From contig NW_004797989.1 of the NCBI RefSeq assembly GCF_000002075.1, forward strand, positions 88,721 through 152,720: a DNA stretch of 64,000 bases, in the 5' to 3' direction. The notes under the pieces are model-generated. The model made no database searches, had not been told where the DNA came from, and saw only the letters and a list, made by a program, of their open reading frames with translations. The position numbers and the translations under genes are program-made. Shown piece by piece: positions 11,443-24,423 of this stretch. Source of the DNA: Aplysia californica (lineage: Eukaryota). The number at the start of each line of letters is the position of its first letter. The stretch's first letter is position 1.

Positions 11443-12206
11443 AGGGATCCAGTTTGTCATTCTTTTTGTGAACAAATTCTATGTAATCAATGCTTTTCTG
11501 TTCTGGATCAAACACTCTTGTTATGAAAGTGTATGTTCCAAAGCTGTTTGTAGTGTACGTTCATGTAAAGTCATGTAAAACCATTGTTGTGTTCCGGGCT
11601 AAAGAAGAATAATACATTGTATTTGGGCTAGTGTGAAGCAGAGTGATGATCAGTCGGCATAATAACAGTTCAAAATCAGACAGACTTTTGGTATGCATTG
11701 TAAACTGCGTAACAGTATATTCATTTGCTTTCTTTTTGAGTGAGAGAGATTCATAAAAGTAGGCTTTGTGTTCATCTGCAGACTGGTATTTTCACTTTCC
11801 CCTAAATGACGTGACAGAAATATCCTGACATTTGTTATCTTGTTTGAGCGTAAATGGCAACAATATTTTCGAGATATCCTATGTGTGTAAAATTTAGAGT
11901 TTTCCATGCTGTACATTACTCATATTGCTGTCTTACATGTTTCTTTTGTTGTTCCAGTTAAAAAGGAAAAATTCTTTGATGCAACGATTTTTTTTAAACG
12001 TACTTTACTTTTACATTGCATTTTCCTCCCACTGGTACCGGTGGGTGTCGCGGGAAGAAAACAATCACCTTTCAGCTGCGAGTTGGGTGGCTTTTTTAAA
12101 ATCAACCTTGTTTCAAATGCTAGTGAGATGTAAGTTATAAAATTGTTGTAGATTTATGGGCAATACTGTGCTGTCAATGTTTTGGTTTTCTACTTTTCAG
12201 GCCATG

Positions 12207-12504
12207 TGTAAATGGGCTGACTCATGTCATGCTCATAACTGTGCCTGATCTACAACAGGGAACTGCTGCTTTTTCTTTCCTGATCCTTACTGTTGTCATT
12301 TCATCTACTTCTTTTGTATGTTTGTCACTCTCTTGTGACCTGCTATTTAGGGGTGCCTTGATAGTCGAAGCAGACCTTGTGCTGTTGAAGCTAGAGAGGT
12401 GAGCAGTGTAAGTCTGATTCCCTGTAAAGACTTCTCTGTTGACACCCACCCCTTGGCGCTCATATGACCTTATGCAGTTGCGAGCGCCGTAAAACCCTCT
12501 ACTA
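12207..12504 (+). mobile_element. Headless retroposon family C (5'-truncated copy)
   Basis: Homologous to 13528-13910 and 35901-36303; tail CTCATATGACCTTATGCAGTTGCGAGCGCCGTAAAACC. Confidence 0.85.
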
Positions 12505-13527
12505 TTTAAAAAAAATCAAAAAAATCAGTGGATGCTGGTGCTCAGCCCGTTTCTCTGCTTTTTCAGTCACCTGTTTCTGAATATTTGCATTAATTAGTAT
12601 GCTGTATTGGGCATGGCTAGTGGCTAGATTCTTAATTTGTTGCTTTGTTTTGAAACTGAAAAACTGTTTACTTTGCTGCTTCTTTTCATCACTGCATTTG
12701 ATGGTTGCACTGTGGTTCACTGACAATTTTCAGATTGGCATAGACTGAGTAATGTCTCAAGTGTTTTTGATCTGACCTTTCCTTTTTGCTTCAACAGACA
12801 CACTTTATTGCAGCCAATCAAAGGCTGGTTCTTAGTAGGCCCACGTTTGTTTTATTTTTTCAAAGATTGCAATGACCATTCAACACAAACGCGTGACTTG
12901 TATACGTTTCTTGTGGCCTGTCAGAGGTTCTTTACTTTGTGGATTCATACATTTTTTAAAGACCAGAAACAGTCCCAATTTTTCAGCAGGAAAACACAAT
13001 CAGATTCTTTCATTCCATGAAATGAATAATCGTAGGAGACATAAATTGTTTTCAAATTCAAAGCTCTGGGTTTGTATTTTGACCAGCCCTTTGTCACTCT
13101 TTGTGGTAATTTAACCTTATCTGTATGCCCTGGGGTCATCCTACCTTTGAAACTTTCAGTATTTCTCAAAAAATCATTTGACAGACTGCTATGAAAAACG
13201 TACGGATCGGATTATCAAGTAAATTTCCTCTATGGAAAGTGGTGGCACAGAGTTTCCCACATCGTATGGATACGATAGTAATAGTAAAACACGACAATCT
13301 GATAGAGTTAAAAAATGAATTATAACTTATAATTGTAAGCCTGTGGAAATTTTTTACTGTCCAAGTTTTGCTTTTTTGGCTGTGGCTGTGACAAGTTCTG
13401 CAGAATGAAAATGAAGAAATCTTTTAGTTTTAGGAGGGACCATGGCTTTAAAATGAAAACTAAGAATGCAAACGTATTTGATATAATAATGCCCTTTTTT
13501 TTAAATTTGGGTAATTCAGGTTTTTTT

Positions 13528-13910
13528 TAGTAGAGATTTTACGGCGCTCGCAACTGCATACGGTCATATGAGCGGCAAGGGGTGGATGTCAACAGAGAAG
13601 TCTTTACAGGGAATCGGGCCTACTCTGCTCACCTCTCTAGCTTCAACAGCACAAAGTCTGTTTCGACTTTCAAGGCACCCCGGAAATAAGGGTCACAAGA
13701 GTGTGACAAACATACAAAAGAAGTAGAGGATGACGATAGTAAAGATTAGGAAAGAAAAAGCAGCAGTTCCCTGTTGTAGTTCAAGCACAGTTATGAGCAC
13801 GACATTGTTGAATCAGCCCATTTACAATTCTGCTGTGCATAAGAACGAGAAATTTTCCCCCTTTGGGAATGGCCTAAAGACACCTCAGTCAGTGGTACTG
13901 GTACCGCCCT
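13528..13910 (-). mobile_element. Headless retroposon family C (full length)
   Basis: Reverse-complement homologue of 35901-36303 and 12207-12504. Confidence 0.85.
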
Positions 13911-16900
13911 GGGGGAAGGGGGGGGGGGAAGAAAGAGGCTACTCTGGGTTTTTTTGTTTTGTTGGTTTGGGGTTTTTTGGTGGGGGGGGGGGGGGACATG
14001 TCTTGTTGAAATTTATACAGTGGGGTGAATAATAATAAAAAAATAACAATTTTTGTCATTTGTTTTTGTGGGGGCTTGTCATTAAAGTCACTTTTAATTT
14101 TTTGTCAAGCTAAGTCGTCAGATTGTGTAACTAACTTACTTAGTAGCCTATTTATTATTTATGCTGTTAAAAAATATATGTTGTTCTCTCTTTATGTGTG
14201 AAGAGTTGATGGTAATTATCATTACCACACCTGATGTACTCGCAACTTTTAGAACACTTTCTTTGAACTGTGTTTTCTTGTAGTGTTTTGTTTTACTGTA
14301 TTATGTGAAGAAACATGATGAAGTGTATAAAGTTGAAATTGAGTTTGAAAGTGACTTGTTCTCTGTCATAACCCTTCAGGTACCCGAGGTTGTTGTTTTG
14401 TTTGTTTGTTTGTTTGTTGTTGGGTTTTTTTTGGGGGGGGGGTCTGATTAACTTTGCATTTAATTTGTTAAATACAGAGCTATATCAGCTAACGATTTCA
14501 ACAGAGATGCTGTGACAATTTTTTTTTCTTCCAAAAAGAGTACAGTGAAGCCTTGGGTTAAAGAGATATCCAATGCCTGCTATTGTTACCAACCAGCGTT
14601 GCTCATTATAGTGACTTTGACTCAAAAAAAGTGGGACAGCTCTTATTTTGTAATAAATATATGCAAGTGCAAGAAGATTTTTTAGTGGATCATTTTTTTT
14701 GGTGCTGATTTGTGTAGTTTCTTAATAGGTACACATGATTTTTTACTAGCTTTCTGAACATTGTTCTGGACTTTGCTTAAAGTTTTTAAAGTAGACTCAA
14801 ATTCTAAATCNNNNNNNNNNNNNNNNNNNNNNNNNNNNNNNNNNNNNNNNNNNNNNNNNNNNNNNNNNNNNNNNNNNNNNNNNNNNNNNNNNNNNNNNNN
14901 NNNNNNNNNNNNNNNNNNNNNNNNNNNNNNNNNNNNNNNNNNNNNNNNNNNNNNNNNNNNNNNNNNNNNNNNNNNNNNNNNNNNNNNNNNNNNNNNNNNN
15001 NNNNNNNNNNNNNNNNNNNNNNNNNNNNNNNNNNNNNNNGCTGGTGCACTTGAAGTGTAACACATCAATTAAAGGGTGTCCATTTTAAAACACAATGTAG
15101 ACACAGTTGTTGGGTAGTTTTGTTCTGTTTAAGTTTAAAATTCTGTGTAAAATTGTGACTTCAGTTGTTATGAGCCCACTTTTTTCTCTTGTTTGTATTC
15201 ATTACCCATGTTCACTCACTTCTCTACCACTACTACCAGCGTCTGTAGTGTAGCGGTTCATCGCCTCTCTGTCACTCCCAGGAGGCCTGAGATTTGTGAG
15301 ATATTGATTCTCGAATGAGGATAATTTTTGTCTAGTATCTCGTTCTTTCTGCTGGGTTGGTGCACCCCTCTCAGTCCAGGTTGGCCTTTGCATCCTAAAT
15401 GATGTAATTGGGTCGATGGGGATGTAAAAACTCGTAGCCTACATTTGAAATTTAAAAAAAAACAACCCAGCTCTCTTACTAAGTTTTGGTTTTAAGCACT
15501 GAGCTATTTTTTTTGCCCTTACTTCCATGTGTCCCAAGCTGTATGGAGTCTGTGACTCCCCTGGTCCAGTCAATACTGGTTGTGTCTGCAATTTTTGGAT
15601 GGATTAATGAAATTTACACAGCCCTTTTGTTTGAAATTTTTGAAGATGACTTTGGTTGTTCATAAGCTGATATAACTTTTTCATTGCCAATCCTACTCTG
15701 TATTCATAGCAAGTAGCTCGAAGACCATGTTGCTCTTGGCAGCATTATTATTATTGAGACCATGAAAAATGTTTGTTTTTTTATCATCCTTGAGTTCAAC
15801 TTCCAACTGCTTTGACAATTATTTTTGTAATACCAATAGGATGCAGGGTTTTAGAAACATCTTTTCTTTGGATTAAGTTTAGAGGTAATGTGTAAATAAG
15901 TTTGATGCTGTAATTGTAAGCTGTAAGTTTTTGTGCACTATTTTTATTTTGTGAGGGACTTACCCTGACTTCCTCTCATAAAAGTTACCATCAATTCATT
16001 TTGCACCAAAGCTGATAAATTCTCAATACAAAAAGACACACCATCAGCTTGGCCAGTCCTTGTTTCTGTCTATGTCGAGGAGTATGTTTGCATTTTGGTC
16101 ATAAGGCTTGAATTTCATTATTAAATTATATCGCCATAGGTCTGATTGTAAGGGCTACTCCATTGACACATTTTCTGAGTCTAAATAAAATTATGTTTTG
16201 TGGAATACCACACAAACATTTTGAGTTTACAATCACGTACTCTTTTTTTGTTGATTGTTTCTTCATTTTCTTTTTTTCCTTTTACCATGGACTTTTGCAT
16301 ATCCAGGCATTGATAAGAGCTTGATTCCTGCACATGTTTTTCCCTTTTGGTCTTGTCTATAGTGATGATGGTTTGGATATCTTGTCTTCAGTGTTTTACC
16401 GTTGGACGAGCGCCGTAAAACACTTTACAAAAACAAAACAAACACGAACATGTGAAACTCGAAATCACATACATAACTATCCTGTATAATTTACCATTCC
16501 CTAACTGATATCTGTTTAATTATTCACTGTTGGTTAACCAGTTCACCGAAATTATGGATGTGTTGAACACATATATTTTTGTCAATCTTCGTGTTTGGGT
16601 AATTCATGCCTGACTGTATTACGTAAACTGTATTTGTAATTTTTTAAAATCAGATCAGAATGGGAACTTTCGCATTTTGTAGGGTTTATGATTATGTCAA
16701 TTACGAAGTGTAACAAAGTAAAATAGGCGGGCTTTATTATTGTAACACAAGATGTTCCCAAAATCAAAGAACTTAAGAGTCTTCTCTTATTTATGAAGCT
16801 TTCTCCATACCATAAAAAAACCCTGTAAAGAGGTGTTTTTACGCCCTCATCAACACAAGTTATATCATTTAGGTGGCAGGTTTCTGACCCTGCCTGTCAG

Positions 16901-17555
16901 TGTCAGAGCTGACTGAGAGGGATACACAGCATCTTTGCAAAAAGACTTACGCCCACCACTCACTATGCAGTTAAAAGGGTGCGCCTGTCTTGAGATGGTC
17001 TCAAGACCAACTGAACGCAATCTCAAGATGATATCAAGACCAAAATCGGGACTGCTCAGTTAAACATCTTATCTTAACAGACCTTGAGATCGCTTGAATT
17101 CAGAACGAGCCTGAAAATTATCTGTCAGATCGGAGATGCGGGTACTCGACGCTAAAGATAAAAGGGTGCCAAAGTCCAAATTTTGCAAATCTGACTTCAG
17201 AATCTTCATCAGCGTCAAATTCTAGTGGGATTTGATACGAAACTAAGTACTACTATCAAACATTTGATGTAGTAAAGTTAGCAAATTATTCTTTGCGTGA
17301 GCCAGCTAGTTTTTTTTTTTCAGACAGTATATGGTTGAATTGTATTAAATGCTGGGGGAAAAATCAACATATGCAAGGGTACTTTTTGTTGATTTTTCCT
17401 CAGTGTTCAATGCAATTCAACCGCATATTGTCATTTAAAAGCAATTGAGTCAATTGTTGTCATTGTATCGCAGCAAATTCATTTGCACCAACTGCAACTG
17501 CAACGAGGTTACTGAACACGCAGTGCTACAAATAAAATATAAAGAGATAGTTAAG

Positions 17556-17912
17556 TAATAATAATAATAATGATAATAGATAGCATTTGTATAGCGCATA
17601 TCCCCGCTCAACAGCAGGCTTTATGCGCTTTACACTATATTATTACCCCAGCAGACCATAGAACACTCCGAAACATTCTCAGCTTCCCGGGAAGCATACA
17701 GTGCAAGCAGCCGATTAAGCGCTCAAACACTAACAAACTGACAAGATCTTTCACTGTCTATAGCCGGGTACCCATTCCCACCTGGGTGAAGTGAGGAAAA
17801 TTCGTGTAAAGTGTCTTTCCCAAGGACACAACGTCGGGCCCTCGACGGGATTCGAACCCACGACCTTACGGTTGCGAGTCCGAGAGCCTAACCACTAGGC
17901 CACCGACGCCAC
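17556..17912 (-). mobile_element. tRNA-derived CORE-type SINE with (TTA)n tail, nested in the Harbinger relic
   Basis: A box TGGCCTAGTGG, B box GTTCGAA, CORE-like TTGTGTCCTTGGGAAAGACACTT, tail TGTAAAGCGC...GCGCTATACAAAT(TAT)n. Confidence 0.85.
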
Positions 17913-18087
17913 AGTAGTGGGAGAGAGAGATTGTTTACGGAGCGGGTTGTTTCAGCACGTGAGTCATATATAAATTTAAATGTCCTGTCTTGTGCCTGTG
18001 AGTGCACCACATTCCCTGCAATTGCAAGAGACTGGTAAATTGCTCTGCAGTTTCTGGAATTATTCTGCTCAAAGCATACAGTAAAGT

Positions 18088-18269
18088 CTGTCCCCTTGGT
18101 TTTATGCACCCCGCATAATTTAGCCAAATTTGATCTTTTTTTTTCGTAATTTCTGATTATTTTCCTACTTTATCGTTCTTTGTTAAAAATAACAGAATCG
18201 CATAATTTCACATTTTTTAATTCAGTTTGCATAATTTCAGAATTTTCTTGCATAAAATGACAGGGACAG
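18088..18269. mobile_element. Short MITE with CTGTCCC...GGGACAG ends
   Basis: Terminal inverted CTGTCCC; internal GCATAATTT motifs shared with 19497-20928. Confidence 0.6.
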
Positions 18270-18279
18270 TGAAATACAC

Positions 18280-18640
18280 GTACTGAACTTCAGATCTTCA
18301 TATGTTCTGCCAGTAGCCAAATTCTAAAAGTTGCCGTCAGCCTTTCGTGGGGTGACATTGCCTGTTGTATTTTCGTGTTCTGTTTTTCTATAATGGGACC
18401 TGCTATCTGAAGCAATTGATGATATGTGTCTTCGTCCTTACGTAAATAATTTGTGTAATCCACAGAGTAGCCTACAATATCAATTCCTTTAAAAGTAAAA
18501 GGTGCATTTGGGTGGATTTCTCCCGTCGAAGAAGCCATTGTTTGCTCCATAATTTTTTTCGCCTTCTTTTCTTTAGAGAAATACTTAATACTATACAGGC
18601 TGCTGCAACTTCTCTTTGGGTGGGAGTCATTTTGATTATC
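18280..18640 (-). pseudogene. Frameshifted N-terminal fragment of Harbinger transposase
   Basis: KKRRRKKLWSKQWLLRR...NYLRKDEDTYHQLL...PIIEKQNT...AMSPHERLTAT, the typical N-terminus of Harbinger DDE transposases, split across two frames. Confidence 0.75.
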
Positions 18641-19496
18641 TGCTGGCCTGTGTAGTGTGTAGGCACAAATGAGATCGCTCACAGATTCGATTGTCACTTC
18701 ATCTTGAGACCATCACGAGATCATCTTGAGATCAGGAACTGCGTAGTGAGTGGCGGGCTTTATAAATTACAACTGTATATACCACTCAGTCAAACCTCAA
18801 ACCTCGTTGTCTCTCCCCCCCCCCCTCCCCCCCCCCCCACCTGTTGTACCACCAAGGGTTTTTTTAATACCAGTGCATGATATGATTTCTGACCCAGTGA
18901 GTTGTTAAGTGTTACATCATGTGTACTAAAAATACTAAAAACATTTTCATCATCACAATTTAGATTGCACGGAACAGGGTTTGTTCAATTTTCCTGTCAC
19001 TGTCAGGGCAGAGTGTCACAGTGTGGCGCAGCGTCCTAGCCAGAAGATGGAGATGCTTATATAAATATAAAACTTCCCCACTCTAGAATTGAACATAGTT
19101 ATGTTAGTTATTATTATTATTATTGTTGTTATTATTTATTATTAATTATCACTGTTGTTATTACGGAACCAAGACAAGTTCGGCTCCTTGAGCCTTGGTG
19201 GATGTTCCATGGGTACTCAGTTGCTACCTATATAATACCATTTGACTAGTTAGTAACAGTAACGGCGTACGTTTTAGCTGCTGTTCAGGTTCATGTTTTG
19301 TGCTCCGCAGAAATGCTGAAAAGTGAAATAAACATAATTGGGTTTTTTTCTTACTCCATTCAAGCTCAACCTGTTTGACTCATTGTTTGATGATTCAAAA
19401 CCTAAAACTACAACGGTTACAGAACAGCATGTTTTTCCCCGTGGGATAGAGGAAGAGATCAGGGTGGGAGGGGGGTGTACCAATACCATATTATAT

Positions 19497-20928
19497 CTGT
19501 ACCCGTAGAATTATGTAAATTTAGATGACCACATTATGCAAGAAAAAAGCAAAATTATGCAAGTTACCTTAACGCCATTCGCGACATGTTTTGCCCTTTT
19601 TCAAGCAGAATTTTCATGTTTTATGTACAGAAAAATTGAAATCAGAACATATCAGTATCAGTAATAGGCCTATGTTGTGTATTCGGAAAGAAAACAATAT
19701 CTGTCCCCGTATGCAAATTTAGAAGACCAAATTATGCACACAAAAAAGCAAAATTATGCAAAAATTATGCAAGTTACCGTAACACCATTCGTGACATTTT
19801 TTGCACTTTTTCAACTCGAAGTTTCATGATTTTCATGACTTATGTGCAGAAAAGTTGAAAGCAGAACATATCAGTATCAGTAATTTGTTGCGTATTTGGA
19901 AAAGAAAAGAATACACATCAGTAAAAAAAAAAACCCAACCAAAAATAATATTAATAATCTCTGTAACTTTCAGCTGTAGACCTAGATCTAGAGGAAAGAA
20001 AAATGTTTACTAAAAAAAATAATTTTTTTTTAAAAGGACATCTGGATCTCTGATGCTGGCACATTACTAAAACCAGGGACACCTGTCAAACATGAAACAT
20101 CAGCAGACATGAGAACAACAACTTTTGTTGGATTGAAAACTTTAACATGCTCAAACTCAATGCTCAAGGAACAAAATCGCAACCCATAAGCAAGATCCTC
20201 TAACAAGGGAAATAACCAACTTTTCACTTAAATGAGAGTTGTTATGGTGATTACTTCCCTTTAGTCACATGGCGAGGCGTTAATTAAAATTGTTTTGTGA
20301 AAAAAAGAAGGAAAAAACGCGGATCATCCAAAATTATGCAAATGTTGCAGAATTACGTGAAAAAACGCGGCCGCACAATCGCATTATCCTACGGGGACAG
20401 CAATATATGCATCAGTACAAAAAAAAACCAAAACAAACAAAAAATATAATCTTTGTAACTTTCAGCTGTAGATCTATACATGGTAGCCTACATACTACAT
20501 GTAGAGGAAAGAAAAATGTACAAAAAGAAAATAAAATAGAAGACATCTGGACCACTGATGCTGGCATATCACTTAAACCAGGGACACCTGTCAAACATGA
20601 AACATCAGCAGATATGAGAACAACTTTTGATGGATTGAAAAATTGAACATGCTCAGTCAAGGCTCAAGGAACAAAAGACAAAATCCCTCGCCCATTACAA
20701 TTATTAGGCCAGCCAAGATCTTTCAACAAGGGGAAATAACCAACTTATTACTTAAATTAAACTTATTACGGTGATTACTTCCCCTTAGTCAACCGGGGAG
20801 AAGTTAAATATTGTAAAAATAATTTATTTTTTTAACATGAAAAAACGCGGGGAATCCAAAATTATGCAAATGTTGCGGAATTACGCGAAAAACCGCGGCT
20901 GCACAATCACATAATCCTACAGGGACAG
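19497..20928. mobile_element. CTGTCCC-family MITE containing a second copy of itself
   Basis: A-A'-B'-B duplication pattern; ends CTGTACCCGTAG / CTACAGGGACAG. Confidence 0.8.
19701..20400. mobile_element. Inner CTGTCCC-family MITE, 6-bp TSD CAATAT
   Basis: TIR CTGTCCCCGTA / TACGGGGACAG; CAATAT at 19695-19700 and 20401-20406. Confidence 0.85.
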
Positions 20929-21065
20929 CATATTACTGTAATTTTGACGCAATAAGAAAACGAATATTATAATCTCTGTTTGAAATTCTAACTCAACATA
21001 ATATATATATGTGAACCTCGTAATAATGGATTTCCTTTTATAATTATAAATTAAAGTGTATGCAA

Positions 21066-21073
21066 TATATATA

Positions 21074-21137
<64 letters not shown>
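21066..21137. repeat. (TA)n microsatellite
   Basis: Direct observation. Confidence 0.95.
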
Positions 21138-21140
<3 letters not shown>

Positions 21141-21835
21141 CAATACCGTGATCTAGATGTCGTATGAAAATGACAATCTCGTTCTGGTCGCCATAACTAA
21201 ATAAAACACGGGCTTTGGTGCATGTTCTCAGTATAGGCTACGTTTACCCACACACACTCACAAACTCCCGTCATTTAAACACCCCCACCCCCTTCTTTCT
21301 CTCTCTCTGTCTCTCTCTCCCACTTTCTGNNNNNNNNNNNNNNNNNNNNNNNNNNNNNNNNNNNNNNNNNNNNNNNNNNNNNNNNNNNNNNNNNNNNNNN
21401 NNNNNNNNNNNNNNNNNNNNNNNNNNNNNNNNNNNNNNNNNNNNNNNNNNNNNNNNNNNNNNNNNNNNNNNNNCAGGTTGGTCCTACTTTTTTCCTTTCC
21501 CTTTTTTTTTTGCACTAAAAAAAGACCAATAATATTAAATATTATGTCGATATATTATATATTTTACACGTATAATATATAACATGTATTTAAATCTTCG
21601 TTGTCTAGACACTGGCACGCTNNNNNNNNNNNNNNNNNNNNNNNNNNNNNNNNNNNNNNNNNNNNNNNNNNNNNNNNNNNNNNNNNNNNNNNNNNNNNNN
21701 NNNNNNNNNNNNNNNNNNNNNNNNNNNNNNNNNNNNNNNNNNNNNNNNNNNNNNNNNNNNNNNNNNNNNNNNNNNNNNNNNNNNNNNNNNNNNNNNNNNN
21801 NNNCTCGCTACGTACTATCTAAATTAGATATATAT

Positions 21836-21885
<50 letters not shown>

Positions 21886-22308
21886 ACTCACACCGCGCGC
21901 GCAAGCACGAAGGCACGCACCTACACAACATACTCTTTCACGATCCTGTCTGCGACATTGCGTGTCCTGCTGTTGACAATATTATGTAGTACCGTACATA
22001 ATCATATGTACTTCCATTTGTTCAGGGAAGGAACTGGTATTTCAAACGTTTTCAAAAGAACAGACTTACGCTGATTCATATGGTGATACATGTGTGTATA
22101 TGGGGTAATTTTTTTTCAAGCCACAAATGACATTGTAGGCCTACTTTTGCTAGCTAATGATCAGACCAACGTACGCCAGAAATGCTTTTTGCTGTGACGT
22201 GAATACATCAAACTACATGTGCATGGATAATGTAGAAGGAAAAAGAGGACACTGTACTGTGCACACTGTTGTACATGTATCGCCCTGTGCTTTATCTTCG
22301 TATGATAA

Positions 22309-22311
<3 letters not shown>

Positions 22312-22389
<78 letters not shown>
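22312..22389. repeat. (CA)n microsatellite (another at ~21840-21890)
   Basis: Direct observation. Confidence 0.95.
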
Positions 22390-22393
22390 ACTA

Positions 22394-23197
22394 CAGTCCG
22401 TGCCGGTTTTAAGCACGCCGGCCTTAAGCACGTTTCGGACTCAAGCACGCTAAACGGCTCTTACCGAATTTTTGCTATAAATTACACGCCTATAAGCACG
22501 GTAACTTCGGCTTCAAGCACGCTTCATTTACAAGACAGTCAATATTTTCATGATGACCCATCGAAGTTCGAACACAGTTTACATCGCAGCAGTGGAGTGT
22601 GTCAAGAGAAACACAAAGAACGCAAGCGATGGACACACACACTCACACGGGCGGAGAGGAAGGCAGAGAGATGCACACAGCCGTGTGTGCGGACATAGGA
22701 TCTAGCCTAGGCCTAGGGCAAAGCTACACACGACCAAAAAAATAATACAAAGAGAGTCGGGGAGACGAGAATCGGAGGCTGGCTGCGATTTCACCTTTGA
22801 CCCTCGCTATCCATTAATCCTGATTGTATATCACGCACGAGGTGGGATGAAGGCAGTGGTATGAGTGGCACAGCGGTCAGTGGTACGCACAGGCAGTGTG
22901 TTACAGTAGGCCTAGTGTGCTGTATCGTGACTGGCCGTATAAATTAAGTTTTCATTTCCCATTCGACCACAAAACAAAAACAAACAAGCGAACAAAAACT
23001 ACAGTGGCGGGTGTCTAAATAATAGTGCACACTTTTGCGGGACCGCTGTAGACCTACTTACAAACAAAGGGAAATAGCACGGGGAATTTTCTACATGAAG
23101 ATCTCTGGATTATGTCTATTTCGCACTTAAGCACGCTTCGGCTTTAAGAACGCTTAAGCTTTCTCCCGATGACCGTGCTTAAAGCCGGCATGGACTG
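22394..23197. mobile_element. Tc1/mariner (pogo/Tigger-like) MITE
   Basis: TIR CAGTCCGTGCCGGTTTTAAGCACG / CGTGCTTAAAGCCGGCATGGACTG with TA TSD. Confidence 0.85.
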
Positions 23198-23579
23198 TAC
23201 TAGTACCAAAGATGCTCACTATTGAAGTTGCAGTGAATCTTTGCTAGTCCTACTCCTACTCCTAATTGAAGCTGCTCTGCTGCTACTACAAAAGAAGNNN
23301 NNNNNNNNNNNNNNNNNNNNNNNNNNNNNNNNNNNNNNNNNNNNNNNNNNNNNNNNNNNNNNNNNNNNNNNNNNNNNNNNNNNNNNNNNNNNNNNNNNNN
23401 NNNNNNNNNNNNNNNNNNNNNNNNNNNNNNNNNNNNNNNNNGCTGGTACTCCATGTACCGTGGCGGTATAGGCTTACTGTATTGTCGAAATCGTCGCATT
23501 ACACGTGTTTAAACATTCTGTGAATGTTGCAGCAACTATGTGGCCAAGTTATTATACTTGCAATCATAAAGTAAAGCCT

Positions 23580-23900
23580 TGCGTTCAAATCACGTCATTG
23601 GCCCGATGTTGGGTCCTTGCGAAAAGCGTAACTTATTTTCTCCAATTCACCGAAGTGGGACCTGGCTGTAGACAGTCATTCGAAAGATCTTGTCAGTTTG
23701 TTATAGATAGTGTTTGACCGCATAATCAGCCGCTTGCACCGTATGCTTTCCGGAAAGCCGAGAGAGAATGTTTCTGGGTGTTGAAGTTAGGGTCTGCTGA
23801 GGTAGGCCTAATACGTAATTTAATATTAGGTATAATAAAGCGCAGACAACTTTCCATCAAAGGCTATACAATACTTTATCGTTATTGTTATTATTGTTGT
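23580..23900 (+). mobile_element. Degenerate CORE-type SINE
   Basis: Homology to 17556-17912 (GAAAGATCTTGTCAGTTTG, TATGCTTTCCGGAAAGC). Confidence 0.65.
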
Positions 23901-24174
23901 TTTATTTTTGCATTATTGTTATTAAATAACTATAATAATAATAATAATAATACAACTAATAATAATAATAATAGTATTATCCTCCTCCTAGCCTCCTTGA
24001 CCTTCTTCTTCTTCCTATTTGGCCTATTTTTTAAAAATATTATTATATTTATTATTATTATTATTATTAGATCTATTATTATTATTATTATTACTAAATC
24101 TACAGGGCCCCAAAATATTATAGCACTAAAAAAACTTGGATCGAATTTGTCTTTTCCACCTCAAAACCAGGCAA

Positions 24175-24402
24175 GCGGAAGCGGAAATAAACTATAGAAG
24201 ACAGCCAATCTGCCTTCGCCAACTTCTTGGCATGTTGATCTTCTTCACTTCGTCAGCCATCTTGTAGATTTCCGTCCCTGATTTTTTGGCGGTGTCGCCT
24301 TCTATGACAAAACAACACCCAGAACCGCGGAAGATTCAATCCTGTCCTCTCACGAATCAAATAATTTGGACTTCGTTAAAAATCAAACAGTCTACACAGA
24401 CG
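24175..24402 (+). promoter_or_regulatory. Putative promoter and non-coding first exon of zinc-finger gene 2
   Basis: Tandem GCGGAA (ETS-like) 24175-24186, CCAAT 24205, YY1-like GCCATCTT 24256 and CpG-rich context. Strong donor CG|GTAAGC at 24402/24403; acceptor TTTCAG|ATC at 29866/29867. Confidence 0.6.
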
Positions 24403-24423
24403 GTAAGCCGATGTTTTAGATTG

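Larger units (their letters stand above)
16950..18759 (-). mobile_element. PIF/Harbinger DNA transposon deletion derivative
   Basis: TIRs GCCCACCACTCACTATGCAGTT / AACTGCGTAGTGAGTGGCGGGC; TTA TSD at 16947-16949 and 18760-18762; internal transposase remnant. Confidence 0.85.
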
